From NCBI GenBank assembly GCA_036172245.1, contig JAYWIR010000072.1:310001-374000 (forward strand): a stretch of 64,000 nucleotides of DNA, in the 5' to 3' direction. The stretch is from Raillietiella orientalis. Taxonomy: Eukaryota. Made by a program: the position numbers and the translations under genes. Position 1 is the first letter of the stretch, and the number at the start of each line of letters is the position of its first letter. Of this stretch, positions 1 through 12,720 are shown piece by piece. The notes beneath the pieces are model-generated. The model was not told the origin of the DNA. It did not search any database and worked only from the letters and a program-made list of their open reading frames with translations.

Positions 1-2240
1 ATCCTTTCTAGGATGCCGGCAAGCTGTTCCTTGATTGATGAATCCAGATGGGTGCATTCAGTCGCTGTCCTCATAAATTCGACTGCGCATTGGACGGCAC
101 CCTTATCGCGTGGTCCAAACGTTGCCTTGCTACAAGGAGCGACGATCCTGCGGATGCAGCACAGGGCTGCTAACGAGAACGAGGGCCGAACGAAGTCGGA
201 AACAAAGAGGGATCTAATTGCGTTTCTGCTGTTGCCACAGGGGATTTCGATTGCTGCGGCGAAGCGGTTGGAATGGGGCCGAAGAGCCTCACAATCCATA
301 AGGAAGTGAAGAAGGAAATGCCGTTCTCGACACCTTACACAATTAGGGTATACCGCTCCCTAGGTCCAATGGTGTCGGCGGAGGTTGCAGGGGAGTCCCC
401 AAAACAGCAGCAGTAGCGCCGAATCCTGCTATTTGAAGGAGAAGATGGAGGTGTTTATCAGAACCGGGGGCCACTTCAGTTGTTCTGGCGAAACTTTTAG
501 CAGCTCACCACAGCGCAAAAGTCCAATAGGGGTGATTATCTGGACTGCAGTATCGCCAAGTATCCCAGTTTTCCATTCCCCGATCTTTTTCTCTGTATCG
601 GAGATTTTAGCAACCACTTCCCATGTCGCCGCAGTATTGCTGTTCAGATGGTCCACGAGGTGAAACAGCATTGGTGCGAGGGGAGTTTTTCTTTTATATG
701 TTCGTTTTTGGGGGTTCTCCACGATCTCTTGCAGCGTGAGGTGGTAGTTGAGCGCAAACAGTTGTGTGCGATATTGATCGGCGCGTCGCTCGTTGCTCCT
801 CGCTCACGTGAAAGCAGTTTCCTGGAGCCAGCCATTTCCATTAAGTGGGCAACAGAAGAGCCTTTCCGCGTTCATTTTCTTTGGATCAGCCACTTTAAGC
901 AACTTTAAACCGCAGCGACCGACTTGGTGGCGACAACGGAGCGATAGGAAGGATGAGACTCCCACCTTGCTCTCCTACAGTTTCACGAGGAGACGTGCAG
1001 GATCGCATCAGCTACTACTCCAATACTTTGCCACTAGGGAGACTAACCGAAACTGGAGCTGGAGCTGCAGCCTCTCCAGCGTCAGGTGACCGAGACAGCC
1101 ATCCGCACGCGGAGCGCTCAAGTTCGCGAGCGGGACTCGGGCTCTCCCCCTACCACACGGGGCAATCCTTAGGTGGTCCTTCGTCTGCTTTATGGTCTCT
1201 GCAATAAGAGGGCCAACAAAAAGTAGGGAACGGAGAAGGGGTTCGCGAACGTGTTCCACACCGCGTCCCATTCCGTCAGGAAAAACCTGCGGCCTTGGAA
1301 CGGGCCGATTGCCGTCTCTACCTTCTCAAGGCAGCTGGACCACTCATCCGATGGGAGATGATACCCCATAGGTAAACCGAGGTACTTGAAGTACCGTACC
1401 TTGTGGATCATCAAACAAACCCAGTCCGGCTGCCCTGCCCACGCCGCACCGAGTGGCATGACAGACAACTTCGCCCTGTTCACCTTAAGCCCGGTTCCTT
1501 GACTTTGCAGGTCGAGGAACTCCTAGACCTCAAATGCCAGGATGGACATAGGAAGCAGCAGCAGTCAATCGTCCGCGTACGCTGAAATCGCCTGCGTACC
1601 GGCGCACTTGAGCGGAATGTGCGCTAGAGTTTGCCTATACCCTCTCAATAACAGCACAAACTGGTAGTGAATAACAAGCGGCTCAGCCTGTCACCCTGCT
1701 GAATCCGACGCCGCACCTGCACGCCGTGCACAGTAAGCCCGTTGAAAGCAAAATTGAATATCGCGTCGCCCCAGCTGTAGCGTAGATTGGCCAATAATGA
1801 TTCCGAAAAGCCCATGCATTCCAGAAGCTCCAGCACGTGATTCTGGTCCACGCAATGGAATGCTTTCCGCAGGTCGACTGTGCCCGCAAGAGCTCTTACC
1901 CAACCGACAATCCGGTCCGTTGCCTGCGAACTTACCTGAATTTCGGTTGCGAATCATGCTCCTTCAATGTACGAGCTCTAGACAGGTAAAGGCGTGTAAC
2001 ATGTTCGCCTCCATGCTTCGCCCGGGAACAGCATATGTCTACTCCGGGAAGGTAAAGACGTTTGCAATTCGTCGCAGGCGCTCTACCCAAACCTTTGCCA
2101 GCAAGTTGGCGTCCGCATTCACTATTGTGATGAGACGCCAGCAGTTGATGCTCCTCAGATCTCCTCCCGTAGAAAGAAGCCGCAACTTCGCCGAACGAAA
2201 CGAGGCGGGAACGTCACCTGTCTCGTTGTATCAGCAAGGT
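1..2240 (-). mobile_element. Tx1/L1-like ORF2 3' part (RT to C-terminal zinc finger), degenerate; subfamily D-like
   Basis: Minus-strand remnants: VNADANL, YAVPGRSMEANMLHA, VRRRIQQGDRLS, AYAD, NRAKLSVMP, KYLG, LTLERLQLQLQFRL; many frameshifts and stops. Confidence 0.9.
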
Positions 2241-3312
2241 GAATCGAGGTACCAGGTAAAAAGATCCACGTTCCGGCGGGCACAAAGAACACTTGCCTGA
2301 AAAGGTATGACCGCTAAACGCTGCAGGATATCGTGCAGTCCTGCGACGTGCTTCTGTGGGCTTTGATTACTCATCTTGCTCCAGTGATGCCTTTCTTGTC
2401 AGCTCTAGTGACAGCAGCGAGCATGGGAAATGAATGGTCTCCTGCAACATCATTTGTGTCCTGCCGTCAGACGGCAGGACACAAATGATTAAGGCGTAGA
2501 CATCGCGGCATCTAACGGAATCTGCGACGCCGAGTGTCCCGCTCATCGAAATTTGACGATGGGGCGAGCTATTCGGACTATCTCCGGAGGAGATGAAGTG
2601 GAACTCAGCGTCCTGGAACAGTGGATCCCTCCCCCTGAAATGGCTGGCGTTGCTTGTCGAACATTAAGGTTTACCGTGCAAAGCACGACTGTATCACTGC
2701 ACACGGGGGCTGTGGATCCCCAGTGCGACCGGTGTGGAGAGAAAGAGACATTTCCCCACCTTTTTCTTGAGTGCAATGCTCTCCGCCTTCCATGGGATCG
2801 CCTTGCGGAAGACTGGACTTGCGCGTAAGCGGCCCTGAGGACGTTTTTAGGCGCCTCTTCTCTCGTGACGCATCGTCACTGTCCGCTTGTGTAGCAGTCC
2901 TTTGCTGCATTCGAGGAATCGTGGAGGCTTCGTGCGCCACTAGAAGAAGGCGTCAGGCTAGCGGCAACGCCTTGCACTGAATTCGCCTTTCCGTGGGAAG
3001 TGTGCGCAAGTGGCACCATTTGTGAGCAGATAGGACTAGCTTGTGAGGATCCTCAACAGGATCTAGAGGACCCATTCGCGCGCAATGTGTTCCCTTCCTT
3101 ACCCTCCCTTCCCTATAAGATTAATGCCCTCCCACGTTTGAACTTTTGTTTGTTTTGTTTCTTTTATCCCTAACCCGTGCATCGGAAGGACCTTGCCTGG
3201 TGAATTCTGGCAAGCAGCAAGCTGTTTTGGTGTGGTGGACCTTTGGGTTCGGCACGCAATAGGGCAATGTCTTTTTATTTTCCAAAAATAAGTGCCCAGG
3301 CATATCCGGGTG
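2241..3312 (+). mobile_element. 5'-truncated Tx1-like element with intact 3' terminus (subfamily F)
   Basis: GAVDPQCDRCGEKETFPHLFLEC; 3' UTR resembles 56385-56640; ends AATAAG..GCCCAGGCATATCCGGGTG. Confidence 0.88.
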
Positions 3313-4206
3313 AGAACGTAGTAAACATCGACGGCCTCGTTGCCGACGTCCACTCTGAGCTGTAGCCCGCCGTTTGCGTTGACGGTCACACGCGCTGCCT
3401 CCATGCCACTGAACAATCTTCCGTAACTTTGGAAGACGTTCGGCTTGGTCCAGAGCGCTTGCACCATACCTTATTTACTGAGTCCCTCCTTCACGAGGCT
3501 TTTCGACATTTGGAGGGTAACTCCCGTGTGGTGCGTTACCACAGAGCGGTCTTCGGTAACCGAGAAGACGTTTCTACCTTCCAGCATGCCGAGGGAATTA
3601 AGCAGGCGCTGAGCCAGGCTCGTATCTCTGCAAGTTGCTCCCATCGCTGACCCGCACTCAGCACTGAAACGCCTTCCAGGTCCTCCTCTTTCACGTTCAA
3701 CCGCTTCAACTCCCTCTCGAAATTGCAGGTGGTATTCTCCAGAAACAAATTTCCTACACTTGTAAATCAACGACGGCTTGATTACTTGTTCAAGGAAGGC
3801 ACGCTGATCTGCTATAGCTGCATGAGATGGCGCTGCAGCCATGGCGCTCCAGGTCTTCGTGGTTGGAGAAGACGGATCCACGGACGCCGTTGCCCCCTTT
3901 TTCGAGGGGGCGGTTGCGCCCTTTTCAAGGAGCGTGCTTGTTTTTTTTTTCAAAGTGGGCGGTTGCCCTATCATTCGAGGTGACGGTTGCTCCTTTTCCA
4001 AGGGGGCGGTTGTCCTTTACTCCGTGGGAGCAATTGCACCCACCTTCGTAGGTTGGGGAGCGGAACAAGCCTCTCCCTCTTCAATATCCATCGCGGTGTC
4101 CTCAGGCATTCCTACCATGGCACACCGGAGATATACCACTCACAAACAAACTAAAAAAAGCTTCGCAAACTTATGCGTCAAAAGCGCAGAGAAAACACGT
4201 TCGCAC
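3313..4206 (-). mobile_element. Tx1-like 5' end and ORF1 N-half (subfamily B)
   Basis: WSAMAAAPS, NVKEEDLEG, KKGATA repeats; homologous to 32161-33110; 5' motif GTGCGAACGTGTTTT. Confidence 0.88.
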
Positions 4207-6941
4207 GCATCCCGTGCTCGAGAGCGCCGCCCGAGCGGGATGTTTCACGACTCTTGCTTCCGGAAGGCGCAGCAGCTATCCGGAGGTAGGAGAGAAAGTC
4301 CATCGACCAGCCTTTTACGAAGGGCGATATCATCTCAGCCAACGGAAAGCTCAAGAGGTGCAAGGCACCAGGGGAGGACGGCCTGCCGGCGAAGTTTTAG
4401 CATACTTTCGCGGCAGAGCTAACTCCCCTGGTACATCAACTTACCTTGCTGATACGAAAGACAGGTGACGTTCCTACTCGTTTCGATCGGCAAAGGTGCG
4501 GTTCCCCACTAATGGAGATCTAAGGAGCATGAAAAACTGGTACCATCACAATGGTGAATGCTGACGCCAAGTTGCTAGCCAACCTTTGGGCATAGCAAAT
4601 ACGAATGGTTGTAAACGCCTTCAACAGCCCGGGGCAGACATGCTCCGGGCTGATGCATCGCGTGCATCACGCAGGAGGTGTTCACGTGCGATGCATGGAG
4701 GCAAACCTGTTTCAATCTTCCACATGGTTAGAGCTCCAACAACGAAGGGGCTTATTGAGCAACCGGAATTTCAATGCGTTCGTCGGTGGAAGTCGGGATG
4801 GTCGGGTGGGGGAGATAACCCTTGCGGTCGCTGTCGACTTGCGTAAGGCATTCGACAGCGTCGACCAGAATCTCATGCTGGAGCTTCTGGAACGCTTGGG
4901 CTTCCCGGCCTCTTTGTTGGTCTACCTGCGCTCGAGATGGCGCGATGCACTCATTAACGTCTTTTTCAGCGGGCAAACCGTGAACGCCGTACCGGTGCGA
5001 CGCGGCATACAAAAGGGAGACAGCTTGGATCCCTTGCTCTTCAGCGCCTTTTTCAAATTGGTGCTGAGATCGTATAGGGCGACTCTGACGCTCCTGCCGC
5101 GCGAATGTCCCAGTACACCTGCGGTTTTGGCATACGCGGAAGACCTGCTGCTTCTGCTACCTATGTCCGCCCCGGCTTCGGAGATCGAGGAGTATTTCGA
5201 CCAGCTGACTCGTGGAACAGGACTAACGGTGAACAGGGCGAAGTCGACCGTCATGCCAATCGGAGAGACGTGCGCAGGGAAGCAGAACTGGGTCCGTTTG
5301 TGGAACCCCACGGTGAGGTACTTAAGGACTTTGGTGTGCCTTTAGGGAATTATTCCCTTGCGGAAAGGTGTTCCGGCTGCCTCCAGAAAGCTCAGGGGAC
5401 GATCGACCCGTTCCAGAACGGCAGTTTATTCCTTCAGGAACGATCCGGGCGTGAAATGCGTTTGCGGCTCCCCTGCTTCGTCCGTTGCTTTCTGTTTGCC
5501 TTCTACTCTGCGGGATCAAGGAAAAGGACGAAGGAGCTCCTAAGGATCGCTTTTCGGGGAACAAGAAGACCCTGAGTCCGTCTTTCGGATTTGTGCGTTC
5601 TTCGTCGAGATGGTGGTCTGGGCCTCCTAACGCTGCAGCGGCTGGAGCTTCAGCTCCAGTTTCGGATAGTTCCTTTGATGACAAATAAGTGGTAATCCCC
5701 CTGGTGCGTCCCTGCACGTCCCCTCGTCGAGCAGAGAAACCAAGGGAAACGCGGGAATCTCGTCCTACTTTGCACTTTGATGACCGAAATGCCACTGCAA
5801 AATCCAGCTTCAGAGGGCGGCCAAACAAGTAAAGACCAACATGAGATCGGTCTTCGTACGCTTCGCGAACAATAGTGCCTGGTTGCCGGAAACCTTTCGC
5901 ACGTGGGCAATGACTCAAGTGCAGAGCCCTCAATACGAGCAAATAGCTCTTTTCCGACCGCACGTCCACCGCACGCTCCGAGAAATCGTCCAGGATCCCC
6001 GAAGTAGAGCGTGCGCACAATGAACCTTTCTTGCTGCGGTACTGCCTACCCTACGGGATCATGTATGAAGCGACATCGCGCCACATTAAGAGGTTGCTGT
6101 TAAGATCGCCACCAGGGTAAAGAAGATCGGGGATTGAAGAACGGGCCGGCTGACCAACGCTGCGACTCAGAGGACCACCCCAAAATGACTGTTGCGCAGG
6201 GGCGAGCTAATGAATGTTTTGAAAGAACATCGCGAGAGGCTCCCGGTGCTCATGGGCTCGCACACTGTCCCAATTAAATGACAACATTCGGCACTGCTGG
6301 TGTTGCATTGGGACCTTCCCTGCATCTCCCGCGAGTCCACTGGCAGCAGGGGGGTTTCAATCCTAATTGTGTGAGGTGTAAGGAGAGGAAAAATCTCACT
6401 CACCTTTTAGTGGATTGTATTGCCCTCCGTCTCTTGCGGGAATTCTTTGCCGCGGCCCTGGGTATCTCCGGAGGCAACCCCTGAGGCGCTTTTCGCCCCT
6501 TTTTCGTCTATTTCGCTTTGCCTACAGCGGCCTGGCTTGTAGCTTAGTGCTGCCTACGCGGGATCGTCGTGGCACGGAGCAAAGCGACACGAGGATCCAG
6601 AGACGGGCATGCCACCGTGTATGCCGCCTGCTTCCTGCGGTTGAGGACGCGATGTCCCATCTAAAATCCTCCATTCAGCAACAGCTTACCGGCATCCTCC
6701 ACAGGATGATGGACCCTCCCAGCAGGCAGTGATCCCTTTCCGCTCCCTCCCTGATTTTTGTTCATTTTTTGTTTTCTTTTTGTTTCGTTCCCACTCCCCT
6801 CTGCTGCCTAGGTCGACCGCGCCGGTCGGCACTCCGGTAGCCCGGATTGCTGATACTTTCTAGGGCGTGGCTGTACTGCCGGTTCACTCAAAGTGTAGAT
6901 ATGTTTACTTGACAAAATAAACGTCCCGGCGAAGCGGGATT
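4207..6941 (+). mobile_element. Tx1-like ORF2 post-endonuclease part to 3' end, degenerate (subfamily D-like)
   Basis: ORF 4605-5345 has AVDLRKAFD, RRGIQKGDSLDP and AYAED; AATAAA at 6916-6921 followed by hairpin. Confidence 0.9.
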
Positions 6942-7092
6942 CAGTCGAGCGCCGATGCCTGCATGAACGCAGGAAGCAGAAGCAGAAACTTTTCGGCATA
7001 GGTCGACACGGCATGCGTGCCAGGACATGAGCTCGGTACGGTTGCCAAAGTCTCCTTGTATGCTCTTAGCACCAACTCAAACTAGATGCTGA
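6942..7092 (-). mobile_element. Short RT fragment
   Basis: Minus strand reads FELVLRAYKETLATVPSSCPGTHAVSTYAEKFLLLLP. Confidence 0.8.
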
Positions 7093-7978
7093 CTTTCATG
7101 ACAGCGATGTTGCGGCGAAGTGGGCGTTCAAAGCAATCATCTCCGGAAAAAAGAAGAAGCTGGGAGAGTGGAAGTCGGGCCAGTCAACAGATGCTGTGAC
7201 CCCGAACACGCCTCCCAATGGACTTCAGAGCGGGATCGCGCTGCTCTATTCTCCTAATGAACATCTAAAGTGTCCTCGGTGCTAAGAAACAAGTCCACGC
7301 TTCCGTCAAAATGACAGAAGTCGGCTCTACTGTTGAAGCATTATGGACTCCATTGCAGCGCCCGCCGACACCACTGGACCTGGGGAGCGGTCGATGCCAA
7401 CTGTGTGAGGTGTGAGGAACAAGAATCCCTCCCCCACCTCATAGTGGATTGTGTTGTTCTTCGCCCCTTTGGTTCCGCTTTGCCGTGGCCTTCGGAATCC
7501 ACTGCGGCAACCCCAGGGACTCTTTAAAAGCCTTCTTCGCTGCCGAAGCGGTCCGGCCAGCAGCCTCGATAGCCGCCTTGTGCTGCCTTTGCGGGATTAT
7601 TGCTGCATGGAGCATGGCCACCGGAAGACCATGCGATAAGGAGGTCATCCAGTGAGCGCCCCAATTCCTGAGGAGGGCATCGCGATTGCCAAATATGGAT
7701 TCGCTATTGCAGGAAGAGCTTGCCGGCATCCTGAGAAGGATGATACGGTCCCAGAAGCAACAGTGATATCTTCCCGTACCCTCCCACTTTTTTTTTTGTT
7801 TTGTTTAATTTTTTCTTTTACCCCTTTCCCCGTGCTGCCTAGGAGGACTGCACGGGTTTCCGAACCGTTGCTCCGGTAGGCTCCGCGTTTCTTCGTGCGT
7901 GGCTGGAGCATTGCTGCAGCCACTGTCATCTTCTTGTAATGTTTATTCTTAAATAAACGACTTGGGAAAATCCAGTTG
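7093..7978 (+). mobile_element. 5'-truncated element, C-terminus and 3' end (subfamily D)
   Basis: HHWTWGAVDANCVRCEEQESLPHLIVDC; AATAAA at 7952-7957 then ACTTGGGAAAATCCAGTTG. Confidence 0.87.
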
Positions 7979-7999
7979 AAAATCAAATCCTTTACGAGC

Positions 8000-9133
8000 G
8001 TTAGGACAGGCGTATTTTCTCGTTGCTCCTCGTGCCAGGAACCTTGCCTAGGTGCAAGCATTGTGTGGTTCGGTGGTCGAACAGGCCTGAGAAGAACAAC
8101 AGTGAGTGTCAGGAGGCGGCGGCAACGTCGTTATCAGTGGCGATAAAAGTGCGGGCATCCGCACCCACATTGTAGTTCCCCGCTGCAGCGCGGGTGTTAA
8201 GTGCCTTCGTAACGGCACCATTACCGGCAGGAGCGGTGGAATTTTCGGGCTATGTGGAGGAGGGGAACAACCCCTCACTGATCTACAGGGTAGGCAATCA
8301 TTAATGTTCTAAAAGCGTGCGCCAATTCTCGAGAGGGATGAATGCTCTCAATGTACAAAAGGAGGAGCTCTGCGCTTTGACCATCCGCAGTGGGGGGCAG
8401 TACGTTGAGAGATCTGAAAATACGCAGATCTGGCCCAACGTCTGATCAAATCCAACGTGGTCATGGAAACAGGCAGGCAGCATTCCGGTCCCCATTAAGA
8501 CGGTCCCCATTTAGAAGTGACCGCGCGAATGCGGATAGATTGAGTACGCGCCGCGTTGGGAGAACAAGGCACGGTCCATGCAGTGTGAACCAAGCCTAGT
8601 CCTTTCGAAAACCATACTAAACTTCAATGCGGCTTGATGGCTGCACGAGTAACCATAAGGCTCTACCCTTCCCCACAAACTGGTATTTGTTGACAAAAGC
8701 GTCGACCTCTGATACGTGGGAAAGCCCAAATTCTGTGGCTTCTGCAACACGTCGGGACACCTCAAAAGGAGATGCCCCAACGTACAGTGCCAAGTATTCG
8801 GGACAATGGGCCACACAATGGAGGTGTTGTCAAAAGCCGCTGTGCGTAGGGTTTCCGTAAGGAACCTAAAAAACGCTTACAGCTAATACAAAAAGGCTGG
8901 CCGCGAAAGCTGCCGCTAAAGCTGTGCCACCCGCGCCCATGTTTCAGCACTCACTTGAAACCGCGGCAAAGTACGCCGAAAAGGTAGAGAGAATCGGCGA
9001 GGAACCCTGGTAGCAAGGTACAAAACCGAAAAGAAAGTCGGAAAGAGAAAGCCGACTAGAAAAGAAACTCGCCCACTGAAACAAAATACAAGAGGGTAGC
9101 GAGATAAGGAAAGAATGCAGCGTCGTCGTATAT
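8000..9133 (+). mobile_element. 5' end and degenerate ORF1 (subfamily D)
   Basis: Homologous to ORF1 at 44776-46521: GGQYVE, CGFCNTSGHLKRRCP, KECSVVV. Confidence 0.85.
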
Positions 9134-10140
9134 TACTGGGTTGCGCCTGTAGGTTTATTAATAATATCGTTTGGGAACTCTGCTCCCAAGCAAGGGGAAC
9201 AGAATATGGTAAAGAGGGCTCCCGACTCCCAGGCCGGGCACACTGAGAGTTCGAAACGATAGGGAGAGGATAATAAATAAATAAATAGGGTGGAAAAATG
9301 GGGACAGGGGTATGCAGTCCAGCCGTTCTTATTCTCAGCAGAGGCGGTGAATGCCGGCAATCTCCATTCTCACTTTTGTTCCGAGGTGTGACCACCTGGC
9401 AGCCATTTTTTGGTTGCAGTCTGCAGTGTCGGGTACCGATGTTGGTACCGCTAGCACCTGCAATACGTGGCGGACCCTGACAATGGCGCAGACGCAGCAG
9501 ATGATTGCGACGACAGCTCCAAGAGAAAGACCGCTACGCGTGAAGAAGTGGCGCATCCAATCCATTGTGGTGTGTCCGGGGTGCAGGAGCGCTGAAGACA
9601 GCCGCCGCCACAGCCCATGGTAGACACCGCATTCAAATAGCAAATGCGGAGGCGTTTCCACCGCTCCGCATGTTGCACAGTTCAAAGACGCAACTCCCCA
9701 GGAAACCAGGTGCGCCCGCTGGTTGCAGCACAGACCCCAATGCACCAGCAGAAGAGCGTCTTGATTCCAACGAAGAGGGAAGACATTTGCGTCCAAGCAC
9801 GCAGAAGGGACCACAAGTTCTTCGGTGGGCACCCCGAGGAGCTCCCTCCACCGGAGAAGTCCCTTGGCACGAAACCGAGGGGGGCAGCGTCTGCCAGCTC
9901 GCAAGTCCGCCAGCCGCCCAGCAGTCACGTTTCGCCTGCGATTCCACAAGCGACCTCCCACTTCGCAGGTAAGTCACTGTCGTCTCGCATCATCAGTGCA
10001 GACAGTGATTCGGCGAGTGACGTAGCGGCTAGGCGTGTCCACTGGTCCTGGTCTTCCAGCACCTCCCTCACTGCACAGTATGAGGAAAGGTCCACGCAAC
10101 GGAGTTCCAAACGGGACACATTCTTTTGCGTTGCACAGAA
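9134..10140 (-). mobile_element. 5'-truncated element, C-terminus and 3' end (subfamily G)
   Basis: CATCGAVETPPHLLFEC; similar to 51224-52250; minus-strand AATAAA at 9154-9159. Confidence 0.87.
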
Positions 10141-10336
10141 CGATAAGGCCACCACCATCATTAGTATGATGCGTGGAATCGCCTCTTAAAGGCAGCTGCG
10201 TATGTCCTCTTGGAATGTCAACGGGCTAGGTAGCTAAAGCAAGAGGCGTAGCGTGGCAGACACACTGCGACCTTTCGACCTGATACTTCTTCAAAAGGTT
10301 CACGCTCTCAGAGTAGAAGACGTCCAGGAGATTTCT
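10141..10336 (+). mobile_element. ORF1/ORF2 junction and start of APE endonuclease
   Basis: TGATG then MRGIAS..SWNVNGL..FDLILLQ..QEIS. Confidence 0.82.
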
Positions 10337-11473
10337 CACCAGGTTACGCCGGGGAGTTCATTTAATATAACATAAACACAAACAATCATATAAAATAAAT
10401 CAGTTGGGAACCATGATCCCAACCAACGAATGAACAAGGATCAATATAAGATTGCTGGCACGCAGGTTAGAATAACAGTCTTGTTAACAATGTGTGGGGA
10501 CAAGGAATACAAGCAAACAAAAACAAAAGAAAAAGAAAATAATGAGGACGCTGGGACAAGGGTCTTTGGGATCGCTCTGGTGCGTGTCGGGATAAAAGTA
10601 ATTTACCGACATTTTAGCAGAGCGAGCGGGGAATGGGTATGGGTGGGCAACAGGTCAAAGTGGTCACCGGATTACGCCGTTCTTGAAAGTCTGATAACCA
10701 GCAATGGATGCCGGCGATGCCCTCTTTGACCTCGTAACGAAGATAAGGCCACCTAGCAGCCTTTTCCATGGATTATGCTGCAAACCGGTGAGCTTCCCTT
10801 TGCAGCGCTGGCAACCACAGGGCGTAGTGGGTGTTCACGATAACACGAATCCAACATATGGCTGTGACAATCGCGACTACCGAAAATACATTTCCGCTAA
10901 AGAAGCTTTGCAGCACATCAGTGGCAGTGCCTTCCTGCGGCAGGATGGCCTTCGCCACAGTTCACGGAGGTTACCGCAGTCCAAAAAGAGCTGCGGAAAA
11001 GACTCGATCTCTTCGCACCTCGAACAGTTTGGCAAAGCAGCTACCACGGAAACACTGCTACGCTGCAGATTACAGTGTAAAAAGAGCAGGAAATCTTGTT
11101 TCCACTTTGAGGGGGACACAAAGCTGTCCAAACAAACGGGGAGAACCACTTTCTCTCCCTGGGGTTACACTTGAATGCTCACTCCACCGAAGCAGGCCCT
11201 TGGCCCGATTACGAGGAGTTGCAGTTTCCATCAGCTGCTTTGCCGTCCAGCCGCCGAGGAGCATACTGATTCCCGCTATTATACAGGAGAACTCCCATTT
11301 CACCGGTAGGCAACTGTCATTGCTTGTCTTGAAGGACAGACAGCCCTGCGGCGAGTGGTGTGTCGGACGGACGATCCTTCTTCTTCTTGTCCTGCATGAC
11401 TTCGTCCATTGGATGACTGAGGAGAAGTCACAGGCTTCAAAGATCTTCCGGGCGCTTTCCTACCGAAGATGCT
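10337..11473 (-). mobile_element. C-terminus and 3' end (subfamily E)
   Basis: CSRCEEIESFPQLFLDC; reverse-complement homolog of about 43430-44594. Confidence 0.87.
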
Positions 11474-12720
11474 TAGGTATACGTGGTCCGGCGTTGCTAC
11501 CATAACAGGGTAGCTAGCGAACAGGTTGAACACGTGCACGGACGCGCACATCTCTTCCGCTAGCAACTTTTACCTTTTGTGGGATCTATTCTCGGAAAGC
11601 AGGTGGACGTTAAAGTCCCCCGCAATTAGATGGGCCACAGTAGGGTGAGATCGAGTGAGCCACTGGCTTTGAATGGTACCGAAGAACTCAATCCTTTCGG
11701 CCCATCGTCCAGCCCCGCTCGGCGCGTACACGTTGGCTACGACAAGGTCGATCAAGTCGGACCACTTGAGTACAAGCTGTCCCACTCGGCCTTCCGTGTC
11801 GAAACGAACGCTGCGCACCGCTCCCGCCAAAGTTCCACGCACGAGGAAAGCGACGCCGCACGTACGTGCAACGCCGCACCTATAAAGTAGCGTTCCGCCC
11901 GCGCGCCGTTCGATTTCGGCAGCCTGCTCTCCGGAGATGCTGTGAATCTCCTGCAGGAGCGTCAAGTCGAAGGCGCGCAGAGCGTCAGCCACTAGTCGCC
12001 TCTTCTCCTCGTGTTGGAGCCCGTTGACATTCCAAGACGTTACGGCAACACGACGAGAAGACGCTATTGCCTTCATCACGGCTGGGAAAGCGAGGCCGTG
12101 GTGCTCGCCTCACCCGGCGAGCGGGAACTAAGCAGCACGACGGGCTGGAGGGCGCGGTCGTTACCGGCCTCAACTGTGCTGCACCTATTCAAGTGCTCCT
12201 CCCCAGGTGCAGAACCTGAGGGTTTTGAAGTAAGCACTCGCCGTTCCGCGGAGAGTGTGTCACGCCTCAGGGCTTCAGCCCTGCGGGCGATCGCTCCCGC
12301 GCGAGTAACGCGTTGTTCAGCGGCGCTATCGGACTCCCTTTTTGCGGAGTCTGATGCTCGCACGATCGACGTGCGCTTGCATCTGTCCGATTGCACCGGA
12401 ATGGTCATCTCGTTGGCATTTTCCTGGGAAGAGGCACAAGCGGCGCGTGTTTTCGAATTTGCGCGACTGCTTTTTCCTTTGGAAGAGCACAGGGATGGAT
12501 GTTGCGCAGCTTTTTTTGAGAGATTTTTCTTTCCTCCACTCCACAACTTTCCATTCGCCTTCGCGATTTTTGGAGGCTTCCGCGACAGTAGTTGCGGAAA
12601 CCTCCGGGATTTTCGCTGCGTTCTCTGGGGGCTTTGCTTTCGCTCCGCCTTTAAAAGGCGGAAACGGATTCACCTTCTTGACAATCGGGAGATTGCTCTT
12701 CTCCTGCTGAGTCGGTGAAC
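11474..12720 (-). mobile_element. ORF1 C-terminal tail and APE endonuclease
   Basis: ORF 11570-12079 has SWNVNGL, LLQE, NVYAP and AGDFN; similar to 63250-64000. Confidence 0.9.
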
